Below the pieces are notes generated by a model that worked only from the letters and a program-made list of their open reading frames with translations, was not told where the DNA came from and did no database searches. A stretch of 64,000 bases of DNA from Dehalococcoidia bacterium. GTDB taxonomy: Bacteria; Chloroflexota; Dehalococcoidia; UBA6926. A program made the translations under genes and the position numbers. How positions within the stretch are numbered: position 1 is the first letter of the stretch; every line of letters begins with the position of its first letter. Shown piece by piece: positions 40,110 through 50,927 of the stretch. The stretch covers positions 6,544 through 70,543 of the forward strand of contig VXMO01000010.1 in assembly GCA_009841045.1 (NCBI GenBank), written 5' to 3'.

Positions 40110-40212
40110 GACCGCTTCAACGTATGCGTACAGAATCTACGATACATCGTACGGTCCTGGAGATTCCCGTACCATAGGCAGGACTAACTCATTTCGATCG
40201 AGGTCACTTCAT

Positions 40213-42492
40213 ATGACAGAGGCAAAAGAGAGGACGCGCATTGTTGGGCGGGGTGTTCAGCGTGTGGATAGCGCCGAACGCCTGACTGGCGAGGCGGTTT
40301 TTGGAGCGGACCACACCGCGGAGGGCACGCTGTACGGCAAGCTGGTCCGCAGTCCGTATGCCAACGCGCGCATCCTGAGCATCGATGTTTCAAAGGCCGC
40401 GGCCATGCCGGGCGTGCGGACTATCGTCACGTCCGCCGATTTCCCGTATATCGCCATGAGCAACCAGGCCGTCGGCGGCGAAATCACGATGACGCCGCGT
40501 GACCAGCGGCGGATGCAGATGGCGGAGGACCGCATCTTCTACCACTGGCAGGCCGTGGCAGCCATCGCGGCGGACGACGCGACGATTGCCGAGGAGGCGG
40601 CCGCGCTTGTCGAGGTGGAGTACGAGCCTATTGAGCCGGTTGTTGACGTTGAGCGCGCCGTTCGCCCCGAATCATCCCTCGTCCATGATGATCTCTATAC
40701 GTGGGAGTTCGCCGGGGGGCCGTCCGACAGGGCGAGCAACATCGCGCGGCGTGTCGAGTTTGAGCGCGGCGACATTGAGCAGGGCTTCGCCGAGTCCGAC
40801 ATCGTCATCGAGCGCACGTTCCGCGGCGGCACCGTCCACCAGGGGTATTTGGAGCCGCAGGCGTGCACGGTGGACGTGGGCGAGGACGGCCATCTGACCG
40901 TTTATTCTTCCAGCCAGATCAGCTTCAACCTGCGCGATACGCTCTCCATCATTCTCGGCCTGCCGCAGGACAAGATCACCGTCGTGCCGCTGGAGATCGG
41001 CGGCGGGTTCGGCGGCAAGGCGGGGCTTGGCATCGAGTTCGTGACGGCGCTGCTGGCGATGAAGGCACGCCAGCCGGTGAAGCTTGTTTTGGCACGCGAA
41101 GAGGTCTTCCGCGCATCGGGGCCAACATGCGCCCACGTGATCAACCTGCGAATCGGCGCGATGCGGGACGGGACGGTCACGGCGTTCGATGGGCGCTATC
41201 TGCTGGACACAGGCGCGATGACGGGGTTCACGCACTCCGCCACCGCGGCGCTGACCGGTGCATCGCACTATCGCTTCAAGCACCTTCACATTGACGCCTA
41301 TGACGTGGTGACGAACAAGCCTGTCGCGATGGCCTACCGCGCGCCGAGCGGCCCTATCGGCAACTACCCAACCGAGGTCGTGATGGACGAACTGGCCGAA
41401 GAGCTGGGGATGGATCCCATCGATCTGCGGCTCATGAACGTGACGGAAGAGGGTGATCCGCTCCCAAACGGTCTGAACATGCCGGTATGGGGACTCAAGA
41501 AGATCCTGCTTGCAGCCAAAGAGCATCCCGCGTGGACAGACCCATTGCCGGATGGACACGGGCGCGGCTTTGCGGCGGCGTACTGGGGCGGCGCGACGCT
41601 CACCTCAAGCGCGGAGATTGTCATCAACCCGGACGCGACGTTTGAGGTGACGACGGGCTCCGTCGACCTGACCGGCACGCGCACGACGATGGCGCAGTTC
41701 GCCGCGGAGGAGCTGGGCGTGGAGATGGAGCAGGTCAACGTCCGCAGCGGCGATACGGATTCCGTCGGGCATACGGACGGCTCGTTCGGTAGCCGCACGA
41801 CGCTCACGACCGGCACCGCCGTCATGATGGCCGCCCGCGATGCGCTGGAGCAGCTACGCGGCGTCGCGGCTGACATGCTACGGGTGGAATCGGCCTACGT
41901 GGATTACGAGGACCAGACGTTCACGGCCCGGGATTCAGACCGCTCCTTCAGCCTGCACGACGTGTGCCAAGCCGCCGTGGACGCCAGCGAGGATGAAGAG
42001 TTGAAGGTGGTCAGCATGGCGACGGGCCTGCCGGCCGCGCCAACGTCAGCGGCGTCCATTGCTGAGGTGGCCGTCGATAAGGACACTGGGCGCACCGAAA
42101 TCAAACGGTTCACGATCTTCCAGGACCCCGGCAACGCGATTAACCCGCTGGCAGTTGAGGGTCAGATGCAGGGCGGCGCAGCGCAGGGCATCGGCTGGGC
42201 GCTATGGGAGGTGTATGACGTCGACGTGGCGACGGGCATAATCCGCAATCCGAATTTCCTAGATTATCGGATGCCGACGACCGTGGATGTGCCGATGATC
42301 GAGCCGGTGATTGTGTCTACACCGAACCCGAGCGGCCCGCACGGGGCACGCGGAGTGGGCGAGATACCGCTTGTTACGCCGGTGGGGGCAATCGGCAACG
42401 CCATCTATCACGCGACGGGTGTCCGCCTGCACCAAACGCCGTTCACGCCTGAGCGGGTGTTCTTTGGGCTACAGGAGGTGGAGGGAGAGTAG
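40213..42492 (+). CDS. Xanthine dehydrogenase/aldehyde oxidase family molybdopterin-binding subunit (CoxL-like).
   Basis: ATG 40213 (MTEAKERTRIVG). a/b hammerhead and MoCo-binding domains (GGGFGGK, QGxAQG). No adjacent FAD or 2Fe-2S subunit genes. Confidence 0.85.
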   Translation: MTEAKERTRIVGRGVQRVDSAERLTGEAVFGADHTAEGTLYGKLVRSPYANARILSIDVSKAAAMPGVRTIVTSADFPYIAMSNQAVGGEITMTPRDQRRMQMAEDRIFYHWQAVAAIAADDATIAEEAAALVEVEYEPIEPVVDVERAVRPESSLVHDDLYTWEFAGGPSDRASNIARRVEFERGDIEQGFAESDIVIERTFRGGTVHQGYLEPQACTVDVGEDGHLTVYSSSQISFNLRDTLSIILGLPQDKITVVPLEIGGGFGGKAGLGIEFVTALLAMKARQPVKLVLAREEVFRASGPTCAHVINLRIGAMRDGTVTAFDGRYLLDTGAMTGFTHSATAALTGASHYRFKHLHIDAYDVVTNKPVAMAYRAPSGPIGNYPTEVVMDELAEELGMDPIDLRLMNVTEEGDPLPNGLNMPVWGLKKILLAAKEHPAWTDPLPDGHGRGFAAAYWGGATLTSSAEIVINPDATFEVTTGSVDLTGTRTTMAQFAAEELGVEMEQVNVRSGDTDSVGHTDGSFGSRTTLTTGTAVMMAARDALEQLRGVAADMLRVESAYVDYEDQTFTARDSDRSFSLHDVCQAAVDASEDEELKVVSMATGLPAAPTSAASIAEVAVDKDTGRTEIKRFTIFQDPGNAINPLAVEGQMQGGAAQGIGWALWEVYDVDVATGIIRNPNFLDYRMPTTVDVPMIEPVIVSTPNPSGPHGARGVGEIPLVTPVGAIGNAIYHATGVRLHQTPFTPERVFFGLQEVEGE

Positions 42493-42494
42493 GG

Positions 42495-43919
42495 ATGGCG
42501 CGGTCAGACTATCCCGAATCTCGTCCTACATGGCGCGGGCGCCCGGTAAATCCTCCCGGCGCGCCACCATCAACATCCCGGGGGTCTAGCGGCGGTGGCG
42601 GTTCCGGACCTCGCTGGAGAGTAATCCTGGCGGTCGTATTTGGGATAGGCGCCGGCTTGATGCTCCTCCTGGTATTTGGACTTTCCTCACAATTGCAACA
42701 GGAGGAATCCGGGCGTCTCTCCGCCGAGCAGGAGGCCGCTCAAGCCGCACAACAACGTAACGAGGCGATCAGCGCGGCGAATGACGCGATCGCCCGAGCG
42801 AATCAGGAGACCGTTCTGCGCGCGACTGCGGAGGCTGAGCAATCAGAATCCGAGCTGGTCGCACAACAGGAAACAGCGCTGCGGGCAACAGCGGTGGCTG
42901 ATCGGCTAGCCGCCGAGCAAGTCGCGCAAGAAGAGACACGGCTGAGGGCGACTGCGGAGGCGAAGGCGCAACTTGCTGCATCGGAGACCACAAGGGAGTC
43001 CCGCTTACGGGCAACGGCGGAGGCCGAGACGCTGCAGTCCAAGAGGCAGCGCGCTGCCGACCACACTCAAGCGGAGAGGGAGTTGGCGCTGGAATTGGCG
43101 CGCACCAGCCCTACTATCAAGGCAATCGCCACAGGTGAACTGAAAGTCCACTTTGAACCACTGCCGTGGTATGCCGGAAGCAACGCAGGTCAGGCTCTCC
43201 AGGATGTCATGGACTCACTGGATGGGAGAAACCACCATGGGGCCCGGATTCAGGTGACTGATAGCGAGGATGCTGCCGACATCTATGTTCGGTGGGTGCG
43301 GGATTATGGCGATCATGCCCTGGGGAGAGCAGTTCACCAGACCGTCATCCACGTTGGCCTTGGCAGCACCAATTGCAATGACGAGTGGCAAGCATTCGAC
43401 AGGAATACCGTGGTAAAGATCCTCTGGCATGAACTGGGACATACTCTTGGCTACGGCCACAGCGACGATCCCAATAACATCATGTATCCAACGACAGATA
43501 CTCGCTTCGAGCTTGAGCGTGATGTTTCCAGGGTGATAGCTGCCGGCTGGATATGGAGATTCCCGCTGTGTCGCGCAGGCAGGTACTCAATCGGGCTTGA
43601 GACCGACAGCGACGACGATGGCTTTGAGGTTGTCGTTGCGCGCGGATTCGTGGACTGGGATGACTACCATGACGGGGACTACGACGCCTACGGTTCTTGT
43701 GTCAACGGGCGTTGGCATCAGATCACCCGGACATGCGATGTCGAGGGCGGGGCTTACGTGTACGTAGAGAACTATGATCGGGACGATGCCATCCGCGTTA
43801 GCGGGCAGATCATCCAGCTAGACGATCCGCCCTGGCCTGAAATGCAGTGGGATGAGGACGCTTTCTACTACGACGAGGAAACACTGGTTTACTACCGGGA
43901 GTTGTTCGCGGAGGAGTAG
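42495..43919 (+). CDS. Membrane-anchored matrixin-like (metzincin) zinc metalloprotease with coiled-coil repeats.
   Basis: TM helix near residues 43-63. About five copies of a ~21-aa repeat (E-T-x-L-R-A-T-A-E-A-E...). HELGHTLGYGHSDDPNNIMYP matches the matrixin HExxHxxGxxHS plus Met-turn (MYP). Starts 2 nt after the upstream stop. Confidence 0.7.
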   Translation: MARSDYPESRPTWRGRPVNPPGAPPSTSRGSSGGGGSGPRWRVILAVVFGIGAGLMLLLVFGLSSQLQQEESGRLSAEQEAAQAAQQRNEAISAANDAIARANQETVLRATAEAEQSESELVAQQETALRATAVADRLAAEQVAQEETRLRATAEAKAQLAASETTRESRLRATAEAETLQSKRQRAADHTQAERELALELARTSPTIKAIATGELKVHFEPLPWYAGSNAGQALQDVMDSLDGRNHHGARIQVTDSEDAADIYVRWVRDYGDHALGRAVHQTVIHVGLGSTNCNDEWQAFDRNTVVKILWHELGHTLGYGHSDDPNNIMYPTTDTRFELERDVSRVIAAGWIWRFPLCRAGRYSIGLETDSDDDGFEVVVARGFVDWDDYHDGDYDAYGSCVNGRWHQITRTCDVEGGAYVYVENYDRDDAIRVSGQIIQLDDPPWPEMQWDEDAFYYDEETLVYYRELFAEE

Positions 43920-43946
43920 GCGCGAATCGGTTGCAGAAAGAAGCGC

Positions 43947-46769
43947 CTAGTCTTCATCCTCCTCAGCATCATCCTCTTCGGGGAGTTCGGCATCAGTGTC
44001 ATCGTCCGGGACGATTTCGACGATGTCTGTGGCGGGTTCGTCGTCGTCAAGCTCAGCGGTAGGTTCGTCGGCGGCCTCTGCCTCCGCAGCCTTTGCCTTG
44101 CCGTTCCGGCGACTCTTGGCGGATGACTTCGCCTTTGCGCCGGCTTTGGCCTTTGGCTTGGCGCCGTTCTTCTTGGCAGAGCCGTTCTTGGTCTCAGGCG
44201 GGGGCAGCTGCTCTTCCGCCTCCGGGAACTGAGCGATGGCCACTACTTCGTCATCCGCATCGAGGTTCATCACGCGAACGCCACTGGTGTCCCGGCCTTT
44301 CGGGCGAACGTTGTCGAGCGTGGTACGGATAACAATGCCCTTCCGTGAGATCAGCATGATCTCCTCGTCGCGCGTCGCAGCGGCAATGCCGACGATGAGA
44401 CCGGTGGGCGCGCGGCTGTCACTCCGCACTTTGAACGTGGCGATGCCCATACCGCCCCTGTTGCGGACAGCGTAGCCGTCGGTCTTTGACCGACCATCCT
44501 TGACTTCGACGACTTGCCCCGTGCCCATGCGCGTGCTCTTGCCGTAGCCGCGCGCGGACACCACAAACAGGTACTTCTCCGGGTCCGCGATAACAGCGCC
44601 AACAACGTTGTCTTCCGTGCCGCGCTTGCCAAAGCGGATGCCAAGCACGCCGCCGGATGTTGCCGATGCGGACCTGAGCGCGTTTGTTTCAAAGCGAATG
44701 GCGAGCCCCTGCTCGGTGACGAGGATCACCTGGTCCTCTTCCTTGGCCAGGATGACGCTGACCAAATCATCGCCTTCCAACAGGTTCATCGCCTTCTTGC
44801 CGGTGCTTCGCACCTTCACGAACCGCTCCAACGGAGTTCGCTTCACAATGCCCTTGCGCGTGGCGAATACGAGGTAGTCGTGTTCGGAGAGGTCGGATGC
44901 CGCCATGACTGTCGTGACCTGCTCATTCGGCGCAAGGGCGCTGCCCTGAAACAGGTTGGCGACGGGGATGCCGCGCGCCGTGCGCGACGCCTCTGCCGGC
45001 AGGTCAAAGCACCTGAGCGTTGTCACACGGCCGCGATTCGTGAAGAACAGCAGCGTGTCATGCGTGTCACAGACGAGCAGGTGCTGGACGATGTCCTCTT
45101 CACGCGTGGTCACGCCGGTGACGCCCCTGCCGCCGCGGTGCTGTCGGCGGTAGGCAGATGCCAGCACGCGCTTGATGTAGCCGCGCTGGCTGATGGTAAC
45201 GACGACCTCGTTATGCGGGATCAGGTCTTCACGACGGACCGCGCCGAGCTCGTTCTCGTCGATCTCCGTCCGGCGTTCGTCGCCGTGCTTCTCCTTGAGT
45301 TCCTCGATCTCCTCACGGACGACGGACGTGATGCGGGTGGGATCGGCGAGGATGGCTTCGAGTTCGGCGATGCGCTCCCTGAGTTCTTCAAGTTCATCCA
45401 TGATGGCCTGACGCTCAAGGGCGGCCAACCTGCGTAATTGCATATCGAGGATCGCCTGCGCCTGCCGCTGTGAGAGCGTGTAGCGCTCAATCAGCGTGAT
45501 GCGGGCGGCGTCCGCGGACTCAGCGTTGCGAATGACCTCAATCACCTCATCGAGGTTGTCCAGCGCGACACGCAGCCCCTCCAAAACGTGGGCGCGATCC
45601 TGCGCGCGACGCAGTTCATAGCGCGTGCGGTTGATAACAACATCACGCCGGAAGCGGATGAAGTGGTGGATGATCTGCCTGAGCGGGAGAACCTGCGGCT
45701 CTCCGTCCACCAGCGCGAGGGCGTTGATGGAGAAGGACGTGCGCATGGCCGTGTGTTCAAAGAGGTTGTTGAGCACGATGTGGGCGGCGGCGTCACGCCG
45801 CAGTTCAATGACGACCCGGAGGCCATCGCGATCGGACTCATCGCGGATCTCACTGATGCCGTCCAGCCGCTTGCTGCGGACGAGGTCGGCCATCTTCTCG
45901 ACAAGCGCGGCCTTGTTAACCTGATAGGGGAGTTCGGTAACGACGATCTGGGGCCGCTGGTTGCGCCCCTCGCCGTCCTGGATCTCGGCCCGGGCCTCGA
46001 TGATGACGCGGCCGCGTCCCGTGGCGTAGGCAGCGCGGATGCCCTCTGTACCGCGGATGATTCCCTGAGTGGGGAAATCCGGGCCCTTGATGAATTGGTG
46101 CAGCTCATCGAGCGTGGCATCAAACTCGCCGCCGTCCGGCGTTTCCCGCCAGCGGTCGATGGCGAACAGGATGGCATCGCAGACCTCGGTCAGATTGTGG
46201 GGCGGCATGTTTGTGGCCATGCCAACGGCGATGCCCGCGGTGCCGTTGACGAGGAGGTTGGGTATACGCGCCGGCAGGACGACGGGCTCGCGCTCCGAGT
46301 CGTCAAAGTTCTCGGCGAACGCGACGGTCTGCCTGTCGATATCGGCGAGCATCTCCTCGGCGATGGCGGCCAGCCGCGCCTCCGTGTATCGCATGGCGGC
46401 GGGCGGATCGTTATCGACGGAGCCGAAGTTGCCCTGCCCATCCACCAGCGGATAGCGCAGCGAGAAGGGCTGCGCGAGGCGAACGAGGGCGTCATAGACG
46501 GGAGAGTCGCCGTGCGGGTGATACTTGGCGATGACGTCACCTACCACGCGGGCGCTCTTGCGATAGGCGGTATTGCTTCTCATACCCTGCTCGTACATGG
46601 CGTAGAGGACGCGGCGCTGGACGGGTTTGAGGCCGTCTCTCACGTCCGGCAGGGCGCGTGAGACGATGACGCTCATCGCGTAGTCCAGATACGCCTCGCG
46701 CATCTGGCGCTCAAGGGCTACGGAACGTTCAACCATGAAGCTTCGCCTCCATCCCGGGCCGACGGGCAA
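43947..46769 (-). CDS. gyrA: DNA gyrase subunit A with an extended Lys/Ala-rich then acidic C-terminal tail.
   Basis: Active-site region AAMRYTE and a GyrA-box beta-pinwheel; 940 aa; tail [16 protein letters not shown]...[10 protein letters not shown]. Confidence 0.95.
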   Translation of the reverse strand: MPVGPGWRRSFMVERSVALERQMREAYLDYAMSVIVSRALPDVRDGLKPVQRRVLYAMYEQGMRSNTAYRKSARVVGDVIAKYHPHGDSPVYDALVRLAQPFSLRYPLVDGQGNFGSVDNDPPAAMRYTEARLAAIAEEMLADIDRQTVAFAENFDDSEREPVVLPARIPNLLVNGTAGIAVGMATNMPPHNLTEVCDAILFAIDRWRETPDGGEFDATLDELHQFIKGPDFPTQGIIRGTEGIRAAYATGRGRVIIEARAEIQDGEGRNQRPQIVVTELPYQVNKAALVEKMADLVRSKRLDGISEIRDESDRDGLRVVIELRRDAAAHIVLNNLFEHTAMRTSFSINALALVDGEPQVLPLRQIIHHFIRFRRDVVINRTRYELRRAQDRAHVLEGLRVALDNLDEVIEVIRNAESADAARITLIERYTLSQRQAQAILDMQLRRLAALERQAIMDELEELRERIAELEAILADPTRITSVVREEIEELKEKHGDERRTEIDENELGAVRREDLIPHNEVVVTISQRGYIKRVLASAYRRQHRGGRGVTGVTTREEDIVQHLLVCDTHDTLLFFTNRGRVTTLRCFDLPAEASRTARGIPVANLFQGSALAPNEQVTTVMAASDLSEHDYLVFATRKGIVKRTPLERFVKVRSTGKKAMNLLEGDDLVSVILAKEEDQVILVTEQGLAIRFETNALRSASATSGGVLGIRFGKRGTEDNVVGAVIADPEKYLFVVSARGYGKSTRMGTGQVVEVKDGRSKTDGYAVRNRGGMGIATFKVRSDSRAPTGLIVGIAAATRDEEIMLISRKGIVIRTTLDNVRPKGRDTSGVRVMNLDADDEVVAIAQFPEAEEQLPPPETKNGSAKKNGAKPKAKAGAKAKSSAKSRRNGKAKAAEAEAADEPTAELDDDEPATDIVEIVPDDDTDAELPEEDDAEEDED

Positions 46770-46877
46770 TCAGGCGCTTAAGAAACGTCTGGAATCCTAT
46801 TCATTTCGTACATCCAGTCTAGCATTTTTGGTGGAAAATGCGCGGCATATGGTAGCCAAAAGCAGCGTGGGAAGGCT

Positions 46878-48188
46878 TTATTCGCCCGGCCAAATCTCCG
46901 TGTCCGGGTTCAGGGCTGACCAGATGAACCAGAGGGCGTTGTCTGCTTTGACGGGGATTAGGCGCTGATCGGCGGGTTCATCCGTCTCCGCCAAGGGCCC
47001 GGCGTCGGCAGCGCCGAGCAGGGTCCACAGGGTGCCGGTTTCCGTGTCACGGAAGAACTCACCTGCTGCTTCAAATTCAAGGACGCGATCACCATGTCGC
47101 CTGCTGAAAGCTGCGGCCGAGCCCGGGTCGTGAGAATCCGCGATAAGCTCCTCATCCAAGGCCGAACGGGTGCCGGGCTTCCAGAACACGACCACCGGCT
47201 CGCCACCGATCTCCGTATTGACGACCTGCGCCTGCCTCAGCCGCGCAAACGGGAACGCGATGACCTCATCACCGATCTCCACGCCAAGAACGCGCTCCTT
47301 GGGGCTCAGGCGTTCATCAAGCAGGCCGAGGAAAAGGGACGGCGGGTTGTTGGGGGAATCGTAGCCGAAGTATTGCGAGCCACCGTATACGGGCCAGAAC
47401 TCGGGGCTGCCGCTCGCCGGTGACAAGACCCTGCCCTCGGGGTAGGTGCGGGCAAACTCGCGGAACGAGGTGACGTAGGCGGGGATGCGCTCAAGCTGCT
47501 GCCCTGCCGCCTCGCCCGCAATGGCCTTTCCGTTCGCCTGCTGCCACCATGATTCCGTCACGTCGTCCCACATCACTGAGTTGGAAAGGCGGACGTTGCC
47601 CGTGGTGCCAAAGTTCAACTCGACGCCATCCACGACGCGGCTGAACGCCTGTGTTGTGTACGTCAATGGGCCATAGGCGACCAGCACCGGTTGGCCGCCA
47701 ATAACGTCATTCACAACCTCGTGGAACGTCAGGATGCCGAGAGGATAGGCACGGGCGTCGCCGTCGATTTCCACGACGGCGACGGGGTGATCTCCCGTCA
47801 TCCATTCAAGAGTGGCGGCTTCAAGGAGCGGGATGAAATGCGGCTGGTAGATAGGCTCAATGCCGTTGCGACCGGGCCCGGTGGAGAGAATCTCGTCAGG
47901 ATCAACGGTGAAACGACGGAAGTCGGTCTCTCGCCACTGGCCGATATTCACGCTGAGCGGTGGAATCTCCGCATACACGTTGACACCGTCGATGACATCA
48001 AAGTGGCCGGGGGCAGGCGTACTCGTTGCCACAGCGGGCGGGATAGTGGGGCGCGGCGTCGGGCTGGTGTCGGGGATCAGGCCGCGGTCACCGGCTGCCG
48101 AGGTTCCATTGCACCCAACGGCGAATGCGGCAACGACTGCGACCGCAATCAATGGCACAATAGCAAGGACGGGCCGCAGTCGGCTCAT
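46878..48188 (-). CDS. DUF3179 family lipoprotein.
   Basis: Lipobox AAFAVGC; motifs AYP...HEVVND..GG.PVLV.Y.PL and N.VMWD..T.S.W.Q. Start set at the internal Met (MSRLRPVLAIV) at 48188. Confidence 0.55.
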   Translation of the reverse strand: MSRLRPVLAIVPLIAVAVVAAFAVGCNGTSAAGDRGLIPDTSPTPRPTIPPAVATSTPAPGHFDVIDGVNVYAEIPPLSVNIGQWRETDFRRFTVDPDEILSTGPGRNGIEPIYQPHFIPLLEAATLEWMTGDHPVAVVEIDGDARAYPLGILTFHEVVNDVIGGQPVLVAYGPLTYTTQAFSRVVDGVELNFGTTGNVRLSNSVMWDDVTESWWQQANGKAIAGEAAGQQLERIPAYVTSFREFARTYPEGRVLSPASGSPEFWPVYGGSQYFGYDSPNNPPSLFLGLLDERLSPKERVLGVEIGDEVIAFPFARLRQAQVVNTEIGGEPVVVFWKPGTRSALDEELIADSHDPGSAAAFSRRHGDRVLEFEAAGEFFRDTETGTLWTLLGAADAGPLAETDEPADQRLIPVKADNALWFIWSALNPDTEIWPGE

Positions 48189-48251
48189 TGCCCGAAGCCT
48201 GAAGGTACTAGCCAGTCGGTTCGTCATGTCCTGTCACTTGTGGCATAGCGC

Positions 48252-49721
48252 TTGGAGACGCGCTTACGTGCTTTCCAGTATGTCACGGAGGGCAGAAAAG
48301 CGAGAGGATATGGGGGTAACGTCGTGGCGTCCGATTACCGGGGGCCTATTCTCATCAGCGGCGGGCGGGTTATCGACCCGTGGCAGAACCTGGATGCCAC
48401 GGGAGATGTTTTGCTGCAGGATGGCCGCGTTGCGTGGACGCATGTTGGCGCGGACAGCACTCCCGACATCCCTGCCGGCACGCAACGACTTGATGCGGCA
48501 GGCATGATCGTCGCGCCCGGGTTCATTGACCTGCACTGCCACCTCCGTGAACCGGGGCAGGAGCACAAGGAGACCATCGAGAGCGGAACCCGGGCGGCGG
48601 CGAGAGGCGGATTCACCACCGTCTGCGCCATGCCCAACACGGAGCCACCCCTTGATACGGCGGAGCGGGTGTCATACGTCGTGGACAGGGCGCGTGAGAG
48701 CGCGTGCGTGCATGTCCTGCCCATCGGGACGATCACCGTTGGGCGAGCAGGCCGGGAACTCGCGGATCTCAGCACGCTCGCGATGGCGGGGGCGGCGCTG
48801 CTGAGCGACGACGGTACCGCTGTTGCCAACGACGATGTCATGCGAGCGGCTTTTCTGGAATCCGCGCGGCTTGGCCTGCCTCTGAGCCAACATTCCGAGG
48901 ACCCGGAGATCATCGGCAACGCAGTGGCGCATGAGGGGGAGGCGGCGCGGAAACTGGGGTTGCCCTCCGCGCCCGCAGAGGCGGAGACAAGCATCGTCGA
49001 ACGGGACCTGAGGCTGCTGGCGGAGGCGGGAGGGCATCTGCACGTAGCACACGTCTCAACGGCGGGCGCGGCTGAGTTGCTGCGCGATGCGCGGGAACGG
49101 GGCCTTTCCGTGACATCGGAGGTCACGCCGCACCATCTGACACTGACGGATCGCGCCCTGTTGGGCGAACGGGGGCCTCAGTACGGATGGCCGAACGGCC
49201 CCGTGGCGGACACGTCATTGCGTGTCAACCCTCCGATACGCTCGAAAGAGCACGTGAACGCGATGGTGGACGCGCTGCGCGAGGGAGTGATCGACGCTAT
49301 CGCGACGGATCACGCGCCCCACTCTGCGCAAGACAAGGCCGGCGCGTTTGTGGACGCGGCGCCGGGCATTTCCGTCTTCGAGACATCCTTCGGACTGCTA
49401 ATGACAGGACTTGTCCACACGGGACAGCTGGACTTGCCCACCCTCATTGAACGGCTGACCCTCGGCCCCGCCAAGATAATCAGCTCGGCGGCTGATGCCT
49501 TGGGCTTGCGCGGTCTGACGCCGGGCGCGGCAGCTGATGTTGTCGTGCTCGATCCCGACCGCGCGTGGACAGTGCGCGCGGATAATTTTTTATCGCGCGG
49601 CAGGAACACGCCGCTGGAGGGGTGTGCGTTGCGAGGCATGGTGACGCACACGTTTGTCGGGGGAGTTCCGGTCTATACGGCTGAGGAGCAGTCTGTAGCG
49701 CATGGGGCGGCGCGGTCATGA
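48252..49721 (+). CDS. pyrC: Dihydroorotase PyrC (multimeric type).
   Basis: GFIDLHCHLREPG metal-binding motif. Stop overlaps the carA start (ATGA). The true start may be an internal GTG. Confidence 0.85.
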   Translation: METRLRAFQYVTEGRKARGYGGNVVASDYRGPILISGGRVIDPWQNLDATGDVLLQDGRVAWTHVGADSTPDIPAGTQRLDAAGMIVAPGFIDLHCHLREPGQEHKETIESGTRAAARGGFTTVCAMPNTEPPLDTAERVSYVVDRARESACVHVLPIGTITVGRAGRELADLSTLAMAGAALLSDDGTAVANDDVMRAAFLESARLGLPLSQHSEDPEIIGNAVAHEGEAARKLGLPSAPAEAETSIVERDLRLLAEAGGHLHVAHVSTAGAAELLRDARERGLSVTSEVTPHHLTLTDRALLGERGPQYGWPNGPVADTSLRVNPPIRSKEHVNAMVDALREGVIDAIATDHAPHSAQDKAGAFVDAAPGISVFETSFGLLMTGLVHTGQLDLPTLIERLTLGPAKIISSAADALGLRGLTPGAAADVVVLDPDRAWTVRADNFLSRGRNTPLEGCALRGMVTHTFVGGVPVYTAEEQSVAHGAARS

Positions 49722-50839
49722 CGCTAATCGGGAGAACCGAGGAGCGGGAGGCGTTTCTCGTCCTGGAGGACGGGAGCGTCCACCGTGGCTATGCGTTTGG
49801 CGAAGTCGGCGCGGAGGCCATCGGCGAGGTTGTTTTCAATACGTCGATGGTCGGCTACCAGGAGATGCTGACCGATCCATCGTACGGCGGACAGATTCTC
49901 GTGCCGACGTACCCCCTGCAAGGCAATTACGGCATCAATGACCGTGACGTTGAGTCGTCACGGATACAGGTCCGCGGTTTCGTTGTCCGCGAGGCATGTG
50001 ATTTGCCCAGCAACCGGCTCTCAACACGTACGCTGGACGATTTCCTGCGAGATGAGGGAGTGCCCGGCATCTACGGAGTGGATACGCGGGCGCTCACGCG
50101 GCGCATCCGCATGGCCGGCGTCATGATGGGCATCATCACCACCGAGGGCTCCCCGGAAGAGGCGCTTACGCGGCTCCGCGAGGCGCCCGACTACGGAAGC
50201 CTTGACCTGGTGAGCGAGGTTATTACGGCATCCCCGTATGAGTGGACGGAGGGGCCGGGCGAGCTGCCGCCGGACGCGCCGCACATCGTCGTGATGGATG
50301 AGGGGCTGAAATACAACATCCTGCGGCTATTGCGGCGGCGAGGATGCGCAGTGACCGTGGTGCCGAGTTCCACGTCATTCGACGACGTGATGGCGCTACG
50401 CCCTTCAGGGGTGCTTTTGTCTCCGGGGCCGGGTGATCCGGCGCTGTTGGAGGGAGTCGTGCAGACCGCGGGAGGCCTGCTGGGTCGGTTGCCGGTGATG
50501 GGCATCTGCCTTGGACACCAAGTGGTCGCGCGGGCGCTGGGCGGGCAGACGTACAAGCTGAAGTTCGGGCACCGGGGCGGGAATCATCCCGTTAAGGACC
50601 TCGCCACGGATCTGGTGACGATCACGGCGCAGAATCATGGGTACGCGGTGGACCCGGACGGACTGCCGACGGGACTGGATGTGAGCCACATTAACCTGAA
50701 CGACAACACGGTTGAGGGGCTGACACACCGTGAAATGCCCCTGCTGACGATCCAGTATCACTCTGAGGCATCGCCGGGCCCTCTGGACAATGAATATCTT
50801 TTTGACCGGTTTCTAGACTTGATTCGAGAATACAGGTAG
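49718..50839 (+). CDS. carA: Carbamoyl-phosphate synthase small subunit CarA.
   Basis: GATase catalytic Cys GICLGHQ; 373 aa. Confidence 0.95.
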   Translation: MTLIGRTEEREAFLVLEDGSVHRGYAFGEVGAEAIGEVVFNTSMVGYQEMLTDPSYGGQILVPTYPLQGNYGINDRDVESSRIQVRGFVVREACDLPSNRLSTRTLDDFLRDEGVPGIYGVDTRALTRRIRMAGVMMGIITTEGSPEEALTRLREAPDYGSLDLVSEVITASPYEWTEGPGELPPDAPHIVVMDEGLKYNILRLLRRRGCAVTVVPSSTSFDDVMALRPSGVLLSPGPGDPALLEGVVQTAGGLLGRLPVMGICLGHQVVARALGGQTYKLKFGHRGGNHPVKDLATDLVTITAQNHGYAVDPDGLPTGLDVSHINLNDNTVEGLTHREMPLLTIQYHSEASPGPLDNEYLFDRFLDLIREYR

Positions 50840-50927
50840 GGTATAGTGTCGCGAAGCGCGGGTAAAGCGGAATTGGTTTTTGTGCCGACGTCGTGTTTAA
50901 CGGCGTGCGGCCAAGAAGGAGGTTTCG

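Noticed and set aside
40672-41559. 295-aa minus-strand ORF inside the xanthine dehydrogenase gene. Similar antisense ORFs occur at 44514-45437, 45588-46661 and 60271-60879.
   Set aside because: All are antisense to strongly supported genes (xdh, gyrA, CoA-transferase) and have low-complexity Arg/Ala/Gly-rich translations.
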